A stretch of 57,947 bases of DNA, filler included, from Sphacelaria rigidula (lineage: Eukaryota), in NCBI GenBank assembly GCA_964200075.2. It is 5 parts of 5 records of this genome, joined end to end, with 100 filler letters (N's around TTAATTAATTAA, not from the genome) between each part and the next. Parts side by side here need not be neighbours in the genome. Positions count along the whole stretch, not along the records: positions 34,830 to 46,338 come from CAXNAA020004848.1; positions 46,439 to 57,947 come from CAXNAA020004849.1; 3 more parts are not named here. One strand, written 5' to 3'. A program made the translations under genes and the position numbers. Below the pieces are notes generated by a model, which did no database searches, was not told where the DNA came from, and saw nothing but the letters and a program-made list of their open reading frames with translations. Each line of letters begins with the position of its first letter. The first letter of the stretch is position 1. This document shows positions 34,960 to 48,785 of this stretch, piece by piece.

Positions 34960-36400
34960 CCGACAGTCGCGGGTGTGCAGCAAACCGGAGGGAGGGGCTT
35001 TGCCTTACGTCTATCACTCGCAATCCTGTGTCGCTCGAGTGAGCGCCACAGACGATTATGCCGGTTGCATGAGCAATCTGAATTCGGCTGATAGTTTTGC
35101 ACAAGCGCAGCCGGGCGTACGCCATCACCATCCGCACACGATTCGAGAAATAGCCGAGCATCCGGAATTCGTACCGCGCCAAGAGGACATCAGGCATTGC
35201 CTTCGCCGGGTCCTGGTTGATGGCAGGCGAAGCACAGCCGCGATACCGGGTCGTCTATATGACCGCAAGAGGAGCACGTGTTGCATGCGTCGTCGACGAC
35301 GGGGAACTGGATGCCACACACATCGTGACAAACCCGCTTACGTCCTTCACTCCCCCTCATACTACTAACCGGGGTAGACCCTGTCGACGCAGAATGCACC
35401 CTCCTGGGGCTATCACGATTGCCGGGGGGACCTTGAGAACTACTGCATCGCGTCGATATCCTTCCTCTCTCACCGCGCGCGCGATGTTCACCACGATCAG
35501 TGTCGGGGGGCGGTGACCGGCGGTCGAGATGCCTCATTAGCTCGCTGGCAACCCCGTTCGTAGGCGTCGGCGCTACCTGCTCTTGTTCCGAAGTCTCCAA
35601 ATACGAGCTGCCTACACCTTCAACTCGACACCGGTCGACCCAAGGGGCGGCAGCATATGTAGCCTCCTTCTTTTCCCGCTTTATTTTCGACGTCGACGCG
35701 CCCGCAGGAGTTGGTTGCGAGGAGCTTGGTTAACCTGGTCACATGTTACGGTGTCCCGACGGCGTGGAAAATCCCCCCGGTGACCCCCGAGTAGGACCTT
35801 GTCTTGCGTTGTATGAGGATGCGGATGTCGGCGCTTCCTCGGGAGAGTGTATTGCCAGCAGCTGATCTTCCTTCACCCCGTTTCTGTGCTGCAACGCAGC
35901 CTTCTTTTGTTCATGACATGCTCCCCATGCGCTGTCAACCCCCGGGTGATTCGTCGCAGTCCTCTTCTGTCTCGATGTACGTATGTGAGCATGCGGGGGT
36001 GCGCTTCTGCCGGAGTCGGGCGGGGTACGTCTTTTCTTGGCCTTGGCTGACGGGGTTGAAGTCTGCACCTTCACGACTCTGCCACCGGCAGCTCTCCCGC
36101 TTTTGCGGGGAGTGTTACCCACTTCCTTGAGAGGCACTGTCGGCGGATTCCATGGTGACACCCTCCCGTGTATTATTTTCCGACACTGAGGTAGTGGAGA
36201 TTTCACAAGTCGCGCCTTCACCACCCGATCGAAATTTAAAGTTGTCACACGCTGCGCTCGGACGGTCGTCGCATCCCTCCAACCTCTGTTTTCGTATAGA
36301 TGCGCCGTCAGTGGACGCGATGGACGCCTCCGATGCACTAAATAGTGCAATCGCCGTATCTTCTTCGTACGAAGGGGGCTCAGCCACTATCACGGTTTGA
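34960..36400 (-). pseudogene. Decayed gag-like or zinc-knuckle coding remnant
   Basis: Restoring one base gives an exact CFACHQPG[H]RRRQC knuckle at about 35194-35234. Surrounding ORFs are broken and unidentifiable, and the boundaries are approximate. Confidence 0.3.
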
Positions 36401-38289
36401 TCCCTTCGCCGGCGTGGCCCTCAGCGACGTCCCTCAGATCTCCCACCGGCGCTGTACGTTCGGAGTGCGTGAGTGAAGATCTGCTTCCAACCACGGATGT
36501 GGCATGTGTTGGACGGGATGATGGCGACAGTGGTGCAGGCACTTCATTACCTGTCCGAAAGTGACGGAAAAACGATAGATGGGTAAAAGGTGGCAGCCAT
36601 GTGGTCTAGTTCGTTAGATTGCAAAGGGTCGGGGTTTCGTGTGACGGGATGATATCCCGAAATGTAGGCATCCTCAATTTCGTTCGAAAGTCACAATCAT
36701 CAGCGGGAACAAGGGGAAAACAACCGCATGCGCGGGATCTTCAGCACTTCTACTTCGCGCAGCATTTGTGCATGAGGGGTAACACCTCCCATCTCTACTT
36801 GTATAGTGCTGTATTCCTTGACCCCTTTCACGCGTGAAACCTCCTCGTCCACTGCACACTGAAGGGAATTTGCAACGAATACGCTTTCCTTGGTATTGAG
36901 CTGACCTGATACCTGGTAAAAAGGCAGGAAATGAACAATTCGTGCTATGGAATGGGATTAAGTGGTGCTGATTGTGTGACCCCATGAATGCATCGCTTCG
37001 CTACGTATTGTTTATTTCGCCTAAAGGACGGTACAACGATCGCACTTGATTGATTTCATGCATCATGTCTGGAGCCATCGATATGGGAGTCGTTGCAATA
37101 GTTCAGACTGTCCCCTCATGCATACTGAGGGATGCTGTGATGCTCTTACCTCGAGACCGATTGCGGCGCCGTATCTCACGTTCGGTCTACCCTGGCTGAC
37201 GTCTCAGAAGTGCTCCAGACGTTGCATCTCAACTGTGAGTTTTGGTGATGTTCCACGTGTACGGTCAGCGAATGTGCCGGGGAGTGGATGCGTGTAGGAT
37301 TGTACGCCAATACTTTTGATCACAGGTGTCTTCGACCGTGCGGTTATCAAGTATGAACCACTCACGCTGTCCTGAGGAGCATGGACTAGTACAGTATCAC
37401 AACATGACTTGCGTCGTGCCTGGGTTGACGACGAAGAGCTATAATGCGGTACACACAGCTCACGCATTCTTTTTTTGTCTTTGTATGTGAGGTAATGCCG
37501 AGGTAGCCGGGGAGTCTTGATTTATTCTTGGTTGGTCTCTTAGTTGTCGGAACATGTGACCAAGTTTCAAAATATTCCGATATCTTTTGGATTGCTGATG
37601 AAATGTGTATTATAGAAACATACACCTGCTGAATGTGCGGTCAGCGGAGGAGGGTTTTTGTGGTAAGATAGCTGTATCCACTGTTGAGTAGGAACTTTGA
37701 CTCTTGCTACTGACACCCGGTACATGGGGGGGGTATTCGTGGGATGGCCAGGGTAGTCAGTAAGATACACTATGCCAGGATGAGGTACAGTAGGGGCATA
37801 CCTGTTTGAGTTCTGGGCACTACAGGGGATGACTTTATACCGTGATAGGAGTGACTGGGCATAAGTGAGTGCGTGTGTGTTTGCTGTTGTGGATATCTCG
37901 AGCCCATGAGCTCACTCTGTTTTTGTTTTCATCCAACAACGTTGTACATATTCTACCACATCCTGATCGGCGGTCAGCCGTGCCCACTGATCGACTATCG
38001 TAGTCGTGTCTGTACCCCATCTACTCACGGCGGGGGTCACGAAGCTACAAACAAGGTCATGTCTACAGCTCGTGGTGTGGTGAGTGAATCTGAGCGGACA
38101 ATTGGCAAGAAGCAAGCATATCCCAAAATTTGCACTGAGCTTTCTAGTGCCTCTTGTTTTGTTCGACAGCGATCTATTGCCGCTGATAATCCCGGCAGCA
38201 GCGAAGATCCAAGAGGGCTGAACCGAGGTCGGTTAAACGGAGGCTGGGTAGTTGAGCTACATTATATTCATGGTTAACACATTTTACAA

Positions 38290-38470
38290 CTATCGCTAAC
38301 CCGAACCCTAATCCCAACCCACGGGTACCGAGAACCCTCGGGAAAGGGAGGTGCATAGAGCTCCGTAGGCAAAGTGTGGCGTTGGTAGATCTAGAATCGG
38401 CGCCTATGGCGCTTATTTGGACGAGAACGCGTTTTGAGTACGCTAGGAGCGCACGGGACTTCCAACCGGA
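38290..38470 (+). repeat. Dispersed repeat headed by degenerate (AACCCT)n, homologous to 14950-15125
   Basis: GCTAACCCGAACCCTAATCCCAACCC followed by the shared body. Confidence 0.6.
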
Positions 38471-41400
38471 GAAACATGCCCTCTGTGAACTCTCCGCCCG
38501 TCAAAACTCACCGTCCACGCCACCGCACGACAGAACATCACAGGGCCTAGCTAATCTCCTTCGCATCTTTCCCGCGGCCTGCAGAAGTTCCCCGCACACA
38601 AAGAAGACGCCATCAAGATGCCTACAACAGCTGGTCGCTACCTCACGGAACTACAACGGTAAAGCCCGACGATAATTTTCCGCACATGATTGTTCTGCAA
38701 TAGTTACAGAGACCTCAACGAAATTCAACGGGTCGTGCCCCCAAAGAATATAACTGAAATGGTTCGGGTGAAGCTATCACGTCGAGAGCTTAAAGGATTG
38801 CCCGCAAATTTATGCAAACCCTGGGTAACGTCGGCTATAAAAAAGACAAAATAGGATGCAAGAGGCATAGAGGCTAGCCGCTGGACGGGTCAAAGCGGGA
38901 CGAGTAGTAGCGGGACATTCTTTTGGTGTACCACCAATCGCGCCACGAGAATGAACGTTGTCACCGTCCTACCCCCTTATTTTCCGTAGACACGCCTCCG
39001 TGCCGGAGCTTTTCTTTTTCGGTACGCTCGGTCTTCTCCTCTCTGGTGTTTGCCGTGTGTTAGCGGTATAAGAGGTAAAGATTCATGACTTCTGGCTTGA
39101 TGAGATCGTTACTTAAGTATGCCGCACCCTGTTGCCTTGCTTTAGTCGCATTATAGGGGTTTCCGTGAACATCTATATATAGCCCTGTGCGGTGTTGGTG
39201 TTTTGATGCAAGCTTGGTATATTTTTCGGAAGCAAGGATTGGCGCCGAGTACCCACTGGGACACTGCGTAGTTGTTGCTGCTTGCCAGATAATCACTAGC
39301 CTAGATGTTTGAGTCTCTCAGTGCCCAGTAGGACAGCGATCCCTCGCTGCTGGAATGACGGCCCACCAAGGAGGGTTTTCTCGTCAACTAGTGAGAGCGC
39401 TGATGGGGAAGTTGTCACGAGTTATAGCCCCGCACTACCAGCGAACGTGTAACAGTTCCTGGGTCTCCAAGGGAAATTACCGTTCGTCCGGTGATCGTTG
39501 TTCCCCAATCTAATAACTGAAATCCTGGGAAGACACATATATTGCTCAAAAGCTGCCGTTATTGTCGGGAAGGTCGCGAGGTATTTTCTCCCTGAGGTAG
39601 GTGTGGATTATCCCTGAATAACAGAATATGATACCCATCTCTCGACTTTCTCGACGAGGTTTACCCCGCTTGGAAATTGAGGTGATTTTCTCGCTTTTTG
39701 ATCAACCAAACGAGCTGATATTGCACGTGGACATTTTGCTGTCGCCGTAGGATACATGAGGCGGTGCCTAGTAAAGAGTCGCCACAGGGTCGCCACAGGG
39801 TCTATACCATGAGAAGGCATTTCCAAGGTGTAGCAAAGTGTCCACTAGCGCACGGATCTGATCCCAGAGTGATTCGGATAGCTATCCCTCTCTGTTGACT
39901 TTAAAAGCGACGCCACAAGCAAGCAGGGGACTAACAAAAGTGCTATCGGCTACCTCTTCGGGAGGGTTCCTGCTTGCTGCTTGTCACTGTCCACTTGTTG
40001 AACTTGTGTCGCGGCTTGATGGTACCTACATTGAGCTCAATGGGTGAGTGCCGTGTGTGTGGGTAAGAATGCCACACTGGGGAACTGTCAGCCTGTACAA
40101 CTTTACACCAGCACCCCTTGTAGTGGTCTCGGATCGGTGAATACCCTACTACATGAGTATTATTATCAATAACTATGATGAAAGTGACTCTACGGGCGAT
40201 GACTACGAAACTATAGTCCTTCGCCAATCATAAAGACAAACACAGCCAATCCACTTGTTACAGCTGATATCAGCTGTAGTGTAAGTGTAGAAGGCATTTC
40301 GAAGTACACGTGGCATGTGCAATAGGTCGTGTTCCATTCATGTGTTACGAGTGTCAGATTCTAGCCGGGTGTGTTCAACCCCCCGTCGTTCACAACTCCA
40401 GTTACCCATTTGCCTCATTCAGCTACCCGGTAGCAAAAGCTTGACAAAAAAAACACAATCAGACATTTGCTTGGAGAGATGTCGCTTGCACGCAAGTCAA
40501 GATTACTCTCTGCCCGTGAAATTGGGTCTACAGTATGTTTGATGCGGTACTGTGTCGGACTCTCTGGACTGGAGTCACGTGTACTAGACACACTTGATTG
40601 CGATCATTAATACGGCTGGTCGTTTGTGCTCTGCAACCCCCAGCCTGGTGTCGCATGAGTATCGTCCACACACCCTGAAACTGGACCATTGCATGGTGAC
40701 CAATCCAAGAATCGAACTCGGGATTCCGCCCTTCTCATGTAGAAATGTTTGAGTAACCGAACGTAGTATCAGTGTTGTACACAAGGAGTGGAAGCCGAAT
40801 ACCTGCTGAACACTGTATCGTGATGAAACTCTGGTAGCCTGAGATGTAGAAGTCCCTCAGTGTCCAGTAGGATGGCAGTTACTGGTCAATGGGAGAGAAG
40901 CCTGCACCACCCTCATCAACAAGTAAACGATTCCTCGTTTTTCTTTTTTAGCGTCAATTCAAGTTCCACATTACCCAGGATTAGTGTAACTAACACTACG
41001 GGTGTCTAAGCACGGCTACCATATTTTTATAGCGATCCATCTATTCTCAGCGGCTCCTGTTCTCCAGTGTTACTGAGATCTCGGAAAGACATGAGGCATG
41101 CGAAAGCAGTCGCCATGGTCTAAAAGAGCGTGAAAGAGTTTCCCCCCAAAGCGATGAGGCGTCTCCCTGAATACCAGGTTCTGCCCATATTTCTGATTTC
41201 ATGGCGACTTTTCCCGCGGTCAACCCTACTCCCGAAATCTGCGGTTTTTTCGTCTTTCGTGTGACGTTACGGCTGGTGGCATACAGATCCGGGTGCGCAC
41301 AGATTTTAGTGAACCACCCCGGCAGTGGTGTCGAGTTGTCATTTTCCTCGCCTCGTATTGGCAGTTGCACAATGCAGGGGGGGGAGGGGTACGGTTGATA

Positions 41401-44400
41401 TCAGCTTCACATGTGGGAGGCGTTTGAAGTTCACGTCATTTATGAGTTACGAGTGCCATATTCCAGCCGGGTCTGTTCAACGCCTAATCGGTCACTACTT
41501 CAGCTACCCAGCTGCTTCATTCAGTTAGCTACCCGGGGAGGGTGGCTTCCCCGGCCCTCCGCCAGGTTTATGGAAACAACGACAGAGTTTTTGCAAGCTC
41601 ATATAACCCTGACGGGGGCACAGAGAGTTTCTCCGAATGAAAATCCGCGTTTTTTTCACCTGTAAACCATTTCATGTGCATAGTTTTTTTCTTAGAACGT
41701 AAACCTGTTCATGTCAGTTCGGTTCTATTCTGATTGCTTTATGCCAATCCCAGCATAGTTTGATATTATTGTTCGCAGTATCTTCGCACGCTTGACCAAA
41801 CCCAAAGCGGCGACTTTCTTGCAGCTCTTGAGAATCCTTTACAATGTGTGAAATGAGGTGCAAAAATGCTCCCGTTTAATTTCTACAATCCTTGTCAATT
41901 TCGGTGTTGTTACGGTGATTGTACAGACGACAGTCAGTAAAGTAGAGCAACGAAAGCTATGACCGGGTTTGTCTGGCGAACTGCCGCCAGCGTTGCTTGA
42001 AAGCCACAAGACCCTTGCGGTCGGCGGTTGATAACGTGGGTCTCAAATGCAACGACAAGTGGTTGATCATAGAGTACTCTTGTTTCTCGTGAAACTTATT
42101 TCGCCCCAGCTTGTTATGGATGACCTCCTCACATGGAATTCTTGAAAGCAACCGCAACACACACACAGCGGGTGGGTGGGTGCTTCAGATTGCAGCATGG
42201 GAGCACCACCATGCGCCACGCCAGCAACAGTGAGGTCTACGCCATTGGTATTTGTTTTCACTTCGCATGACAAGAAGGCCTCCACAAGTGTTTGATCTCT
42301 CATACACCCCCCCCAACTGGCGTGTGGCACGCTCTTGTCGTCGCGCACCCACACACAGGTACACATGTCAGGTGAAATCAACGATTAATAACACCCCCCC
42401 AAGTTGCGGTTGGATCTGTTATTGCCGCAGCACCGTCCTTGCTGGCATGTGTATGACAGAGAACAGTAGCGGTGACGGGAACATTGCACTGTTTTTCGAC
42501 GACGCGTTCGGCAGCGCAAAGAGGCGCTTCCTGTCCAAAAAGAGAGGTAGAGGGATATCGATTTTTGCATTGGTAAGCTCCGCAGATGAGAAGAGACATC
42601 CCTCCGCACCTCTACGTTCTTTGGAGGGCTATGCGCAGCAGCATAACATGCCTACCGGTACATGACAAATTGGGTACATGCTGGTAACATGCATTATGCC
42701 AGCCTCTCGAGCGATTGGTAATCGCCGAGCAAGGGCACACAAAGGACACGGGCGAGGAGCTTTCTCTCTGTCGTTGTTTTCCTCTCTGGTGATATCGTCA
42801 TCAACACGCGTGTACACCGCATTCGTTCGGTGAACCCAGCCACAACTGCTCAACTGCTGCAGATGTTTTTATGTACTCATGATCATGCATGCCATAGTCA
42901 TGCAGATGTTTTGGAGGGCAAGATCGTTTCCCTTATTGTAACTGTTTCGCGTCATCCCTGCAAAAAGGTTGTGCCGCTTGAACCCCCTTTTAGCGGTCAA
43001 CCCCAAAATTCAGAATCGGCTGTTGGGATATGTGCTGCGCGAACCGATTCATGCTGTGCGCATATACTTTCTGCTCGTGAAAGTGAGTCTACAGTATGCT
43101 TGATGCAATTCTGTGTCGGGCTCTCTGGTCTGGAGTCGCGTGTGCCAGCACGCTTGAGTGCAATCATTATTACGGCTGGCTGTTTGCGCTCTACAACCCC
43201 CAGCCTGGTTTCTCATAAGCATCGTCCGCACGACCCTGAGACTGGGCAATCACACACCTCTTATTCTCATTCTCACGATCTCATCTTCATCTATTGTCTC
43301 GATGAGTCGGGGCCTTGTCTCAAGAGCACTCTATGGAGGAAGTATTGGGACTGTGAACCCGGCTAGCGAGCACGTGAGACTGTCAGCTCTTCCAAGGATA
43401 CGAACCTCGTGGGTGCCTACTTTAAGAAAATGCGTGCTGAATCCTCGAATGCTCCACTTCTTTATGCGTGCACGAACACAACAGCACAGTTCGCTTGAAT
43501 CTTAAAAAAGAGGTTGATTACAACATGGCAACCAAGCTGTGATTGGCACGTCAGTGTATGTATGCCGTGATTGTCTTTGCAGAGGACGTCTTCACGGAAG
43601 AATTCGGATAAAGTCTTGTGTGAGCAGGCAGATGGGCGCGGCGGGCACTCGGAGACTGTCAGGCCCGATCAACATCTGAATCTCGTAGGCGCGCTGATCC
43701 GCTCAGTACATGGACCTTTGAAAAAACGTTCGTGGGTCGAGAGGATCACAAGGAACACGCGGAAACACTCTGGTACAACATGAAAGTTTGACGACAAACA
43801 GGCAAATACGTAAAATAGGCAAGCAAGCAAGCGAACAGAACCGGACGTTCGCACCAAAGCCCGATAGTATCCATTTCTGTCATATACGCCGAGAATTGAG
43901 GGGGTAGGAATGTTGCCTGCCGCGCTTCCGTGTGTGGTACAGTCAACATACTGCGTACTTTTTTACATATTTCCTCCTTCACCGAGCGAGGGCCTGTCGG
44001 TTTATGTAAAAACGAAATATCTATAATAAATTAAAGATGGGAATAACAAAAAAACAGGTGAACGCGTGTTACAACTGTGCTCTCCATTTATCACATTTGC
44101 TTATGCAGATGTGTTCTCCATGCACACATGTGAATGAAAATCCGCGCGACGAAGAGTCCATGCTTGACAGCTCCCAACGTCCATTTGTTTTGGCAAGATC
44201 CTGGTTGTCATCCGTCAGCATAGTCGTCGCATGACAAGCACTCCTGTATGTACAGCAGCAAGTATCATTTCCACCATGCCCACGTCAAACACACGGAAAC
44301 ACTTCTATACGGGCGTATACTCCTGTAAAGACCCTTCCAGCCACTGGCAAACTTGTTAGATTCGCCACGAACCCGCAGCAGATTCATTTTCGATGCCAAG

Positions 44401-45623
44401 AGTTCTCTTACAAGCGAGTGAAATACTCGGGGTCGACAGCAACCAATCGGAGCTTTGAACAGCCAACTATTTTCCTCATCAGCACGTGCGCAAAATTTGT
44501 CACAACTCCGGAATGGAGACAGGTGTAAAAATGGAGGCACTGTTCCGTACAAACACCAGAACCGGCCTCTCTATTTCTCCGTTCTTCGCTTTTCATTAAC
44601 CAACCACCATAGATGATGCCTCTCGAGAAACGTCCAGATTCACAAAATACATACACGCACAGAAGCACAACATATCTAGCCTTGCTTTTCGCCGCCAGTG
44701 AAATAGCAGGTCATGACAACAAGGATGAAAATGAAAAAAAAGTACGTGATGATTGCGAGAATTTAAATTCTGCGGAGAGCATGTTTCCTGGGGTTACATC
44801 GTTCCGGTTCCTTAGAAAATATCCTCGAGTGTCATTCCCCACGACCGACCAACAACTTGCCAGCTGTCTGGTCCCCAACGAACGACTCGCTATCTGCAGG
44901 ACTATCAACTAGTCTGTTTGTGCTCCACACTACATCCACGAACCAGACTTGACAGCTAGAGCACCGACACAGTGCCTGCGGTAGCCAGTCTTCGGTGGGA
45001 GAACACAGCGGTAGTCTTCACACTTCTACAAAATGCAAAATGAACAATCTGACGGCTCCGATAAGACTATACAAACAAAAAAACACCCTTGCCCACCCCC
45101 CGCGTGCCGAGCCGAACGACTAATATCTGTCCGATTATTGCCCATAATAGCAGAACTCAGATGGCGCGAATATACACAGTCTTGTACTTTACGCGTCCGA
45201 ATCGTCGTTGTCGTCGGAGTGAGCACCGGCAATGTCGCCTTCCGAACTTCCCGTTCCCTGGGGGAAAAGAGGGGAAGACAGACACAAGATCAAAAAGGCG
45301 AAATTTTATTCTTTGACCGAGCGGTACCCCGTTATACCATAAAGCCGGTTAGGGCGAAGCTAAGGGTTCGAGTCCCAGCAGATGCGGATGGTTTTCGGGG
45401 GAATGTCTGATTTCCATCGTTAAAATCGCGAGGACGAGAGTTCAAAACAAAGTTCGGCGACACCTTGATGTGGTGCGGGAATGTTGATCATGGCCAACTA
45501 ACTCTGCGATTTTAAAGTACCAGGCATGTACCAGGGGAGACGGGTTCATTCCTCGAGACTAGGGACTCGTCTCGAGGAGGGGGGGAAGGGGGGGCGTACT
45601 CAGTTGTTGCTTGCCTCAGGGAG

Positions 45624-45655
<32 letters not shown>

Positions 45656-45712
45656 TGCGGGGAGCCATGGAAGGATAAATCATATGGTCATTNNNNNNNN
45701 NNGGGGGAGGGA

Positions 45713-45842
45713 GGGGGGTACTCGTGACCATGCATGGCATAATCATATGGCCATTGACCTCGCATCCCTAAGAAGCCGGGACGGAGTATGCCGGGCTTTC
45801 GCCGGACCAGGCTCACAATCAATCACCAAGCGCGAAGCGCCG
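45713..45842 (+). repeat. G-tract-associated short dispersed repeat, longest form
   Basis: Runs from GGGGGGTACTC to CAATCACCAAGCGCGAAGCGCCG, the same end as the 46200-46338 copy. Confidence 0.8.
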
Positions 45843-46199
45843 TTATGTGTTTGGCAAGTCTCATGAAGGGTGAGCTGCATCCTGCTGAGACTGTTCGGCC
45901 GGAAGCCTACTAATTATCTTGCATTTGGATGGCAGCCTACAAGGAGTTGCTTGATTTTCTGGTATGGACACCTTCAGAGACAGCCACGGTTTCCACTCTG
46001 CCTCATGGATGTCTCCCCAACCGAACACCAAGTAGTATGACCATCTCCTTCGCGCGGAATCGAGGTTCTCCCATCCCGCACAGTATGATCTAGCTCGGCC
46101 ACCACCATGGTTACCGCAAAAAAAATACGCAAGCACGCAGAACAATCGGCAAGCTGATTGCCTGGATTACGCAGCGAGTGGCGTGTTCTACAGCGAGGA

Positions 46200-46338
46200 A
46201 GGGGAAGGGTGTACTCGTGATCATGCATGCCATAGTCATCATCAGACCATTGACCTCGCATCCCTGCAAAGCCAGGACGCAGCACGCCGGCTTTTCGCCG
46301 GACCAGGCTCGCACTCAATCACCAAGCGCGAAGCGCCG
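46200..46338 (+). repeat. G-tract-associated short dispersed repeat, longest form, at scaffold end
   Basis: Collinear with 45713-45842. Confidence 0.8.
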
Positions 46339-46438
46339 NNNNNNNNNNNNNNNNNNNNNNNNNNNNNNNNNNNNNNNNNNNNTTAATTAATTAANNNNNN
46401 NNNNNNNNNNNNNNNNNNNNNNNNNNNNNNNNNNNNNN
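46339..46438. other. Artificial scaffold-join spacer
   Basis: 44 N + TTAATTAATTAA + 44 N. Confidence 0.97.
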
Positions 46439-46587
46439 TTTTTGTGCTGCTGTCGTGGTTGTGTTGCCCCCCCGCCCCCTTTTTTCTTTCCGGCGTCTGC
46501 CCCTCCCCCCCCCCCCCCCCTGTTGTCTCCCATGCTTATTGCGACCTTTGGTTGTGCTTGTACGTTTGGTCTCGCGCGCGTCTGCAG

Positions 46588-46809
46588 ATCCGCGTGACCA
46601 GCCCTCTGACACACAGCATCTCCGGCACTGCTAAGGCCGCGGCTCAAAGCGCAATAGGGTTCGTCATCTCGGACAAGCCCGTCACGTTCATTGGGGTTCT
46701 GAGCAACTTCCTTGTGCTGTTCGGCTCTAGCTTGTACACCGCGGTGAAGATATCGGAAGTCGAGAAGGTATCGCCAGCTCCCGCGAAGGCTTCACTTTTG
46801 CCCAAGTGA
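46588..46809 (+). CDS. SLC35C1: GDP-fucose transporter (SLC35C1-like nucleotide-sugar transporter), terminal exon
   Basis: After TCTGCAG reads IRVTSPLTHSISGTAKAAAQSAIG..SNFLVLFGSSLYTAVK..stop. TSPLTHxxSGTAK is the remembered GDP-fucose transporter signature. Confidence 0.85.
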   Translation: MRVTSPLTHSISGTAKAAAQSAIGFVISDKPVTFIGVLSNFLVLFGSSLYTAVKISEVEKVSPAPAKASLLPK

Positions 46810-48509
46810 TCACTAGGCAACTAGATACACTTTCCTGTCCAGTGACGAGCGGGCGACGAAAACACCGGCGCACGACGTGACGTCCTTTCCTTTTTTTCCG
46901 CCCCCTTTCGTGCTTTCATTTGAATCCCTCCCCTTTTCCGTGGGACCAGTCCGCATTATGACGGGATCAATCCATGTCTCCCTCCGTACCCGCCTGACAT
47001 CTTGATCGCGGATTGGATCATGACCTCAGCTCTCTCGGTCTGAACTTGCCCTCGGCGTACCCGTTGGACCACCGGGGGCGCGGAGGCGTTTTGATGCGCG
47101 ATTCGCCCAACCCCATGCCGCGGCACAGCGAGACTCCCGGTATAGTGCGGTCGAAAGTGTTTCGTCACAAGTCCGAGTCCATGGGTCCGGATATAGTGCG
47201 GTAGTTTACGGCGAGCGTCCGTATGGATATGGTTGCCTGGCGCATGGACTGTCCCTCACCCTCCTCGACCGACCCCTCCTCGATTTTTTTTTGTTCTTGT
47301 GTGTGTGTTTTTTTTCATCCCTCGCGTGTCGACTCCCAACCGTACGCACCGACACTCGGTGACGATCCAGCCCAAACAACACAAACGCTGACGACATTAC
47401 CACTATCGGTAGGTCTCACGAGAAGTAAACGAGAATTTACCGCACACATTCGGTGGGCTGTGGGGGCGGTCATGATCCAGACCTGGACATTTTGATCTGA
47501 ATGGTGGCGGCAGCTGTGTATACGACCTTTGGACGGGAGAGGTCGGTGCGATGGGGGTGTGCTCAGTCCACCTGTGTAAGTGGAGAAAAAATATTTTCAT
47601 TTGTCGTGTACGCTAGCAGTAACCGTAATGCCAATTTATGCGTGCGTGTGACGACTGTTTCTGCGGTGTAAGCCGGGATGAACGTTTTACACGGAGGAGG
47701 GGGGGGAGGGGTGCATGCTGCGTCAAATGTTGCTTGTTGTGCGTGGTGGTGAAATTGAACAGTGGTGTTTCAAGATGTCACCAGGCGAAATACCTCACTC
47801 GTGCAAGAAAGCTCCGGATTTGTTTCGTGTGCTCTACCGTACTGTACGAGTATTAGTTCTGACTGTAGTGTGCCCCTTGGTGGAGTATGAGGTGATGTAG
47901 TAGTAGCCATCGGTGGTCATGTTATGTGCTTGTGTGGCACGGATATATGCTGTGTTCGACGTCGTGGTTTTATGCACCTCTTTTTCTGTCGCCTCGGTAC
48001 ACCGTGCGAAAACTGTCGGGCGCACGATAAAATGTAGTGCGACGCCTCGGTCAGTCAAGTGTTGTGCGTGGGCATGTGATTGGGTGAGTGGGAAGCGTGG
48101 ACTGCGTCGAAGAGGCATGGAGATGGCTTTCAAGGCTGACATGGATTTGCGCGAATAAACTTGAGGTAAAACCACCACTTCTACACCTCTTGTTGGGAGT
48201 CGGGCTTGAGTACTCGTTTCCTCTGTGAGCTACCAACAGTCACTATATAGGCTAAGGTGCCGGGACTTTATTCAGACACGGTGATTTGCCCTCAAGTGCT
48301 TATATTTTGAATACGGTGGGGCTTGTGTCCTTGAGTGATGGTGTAGCCTGTACACGGGATCGCCGTTTACATGAGACCAGCATGCGTGCTTTTTGTCTAT
48401 ATCGAGTACGTTTACAACCTGCAGAGTTGATGGTGTGTGCCCTTCGATTTTTTTTTGTTACTTGTAGAGGGCATGATTTACTATGAAGACGGTGGTTCTA
48501 TGGGAAAAA

Positions 48510-48785
48510 AATGTGTTGGTGAGATTGAGAGTGAGAAGCGACCAATTAGTGAATGAACCGTTTCAGTTCCGAAATACCCCTCCACGAGGTTCGGTATGCT
48601 GTCTGGAGTAACTTAGCGAAGCTCTTGATGTCCCCGACTAGGATATCGACGTGTAGCTGTAAGCACACGCCAGTGATGCAGGCAAGGAAGAACACACACG
48701 GAGTGAAAAATTGGCCAAGTTGAAGCGAATGATAAAAGCCACTCTCTAGCAGCGCTCTTTTCTCAATCTCACGAAGATGTCGTTG
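48510..48785. mobile_element. MITE family, copy 2 (diverged)
   Basis: GTGAGATTGAGAG..CTCAATCTCACGAAGATGTCGTTG, interior collinear with 50527-50835. Confidence 0.7.

Noticed and set aside
43571-44912. Short ORFs with possible splice sites in scaffold 4
   Set aside because: No identifiable homology or consistent exon chain.
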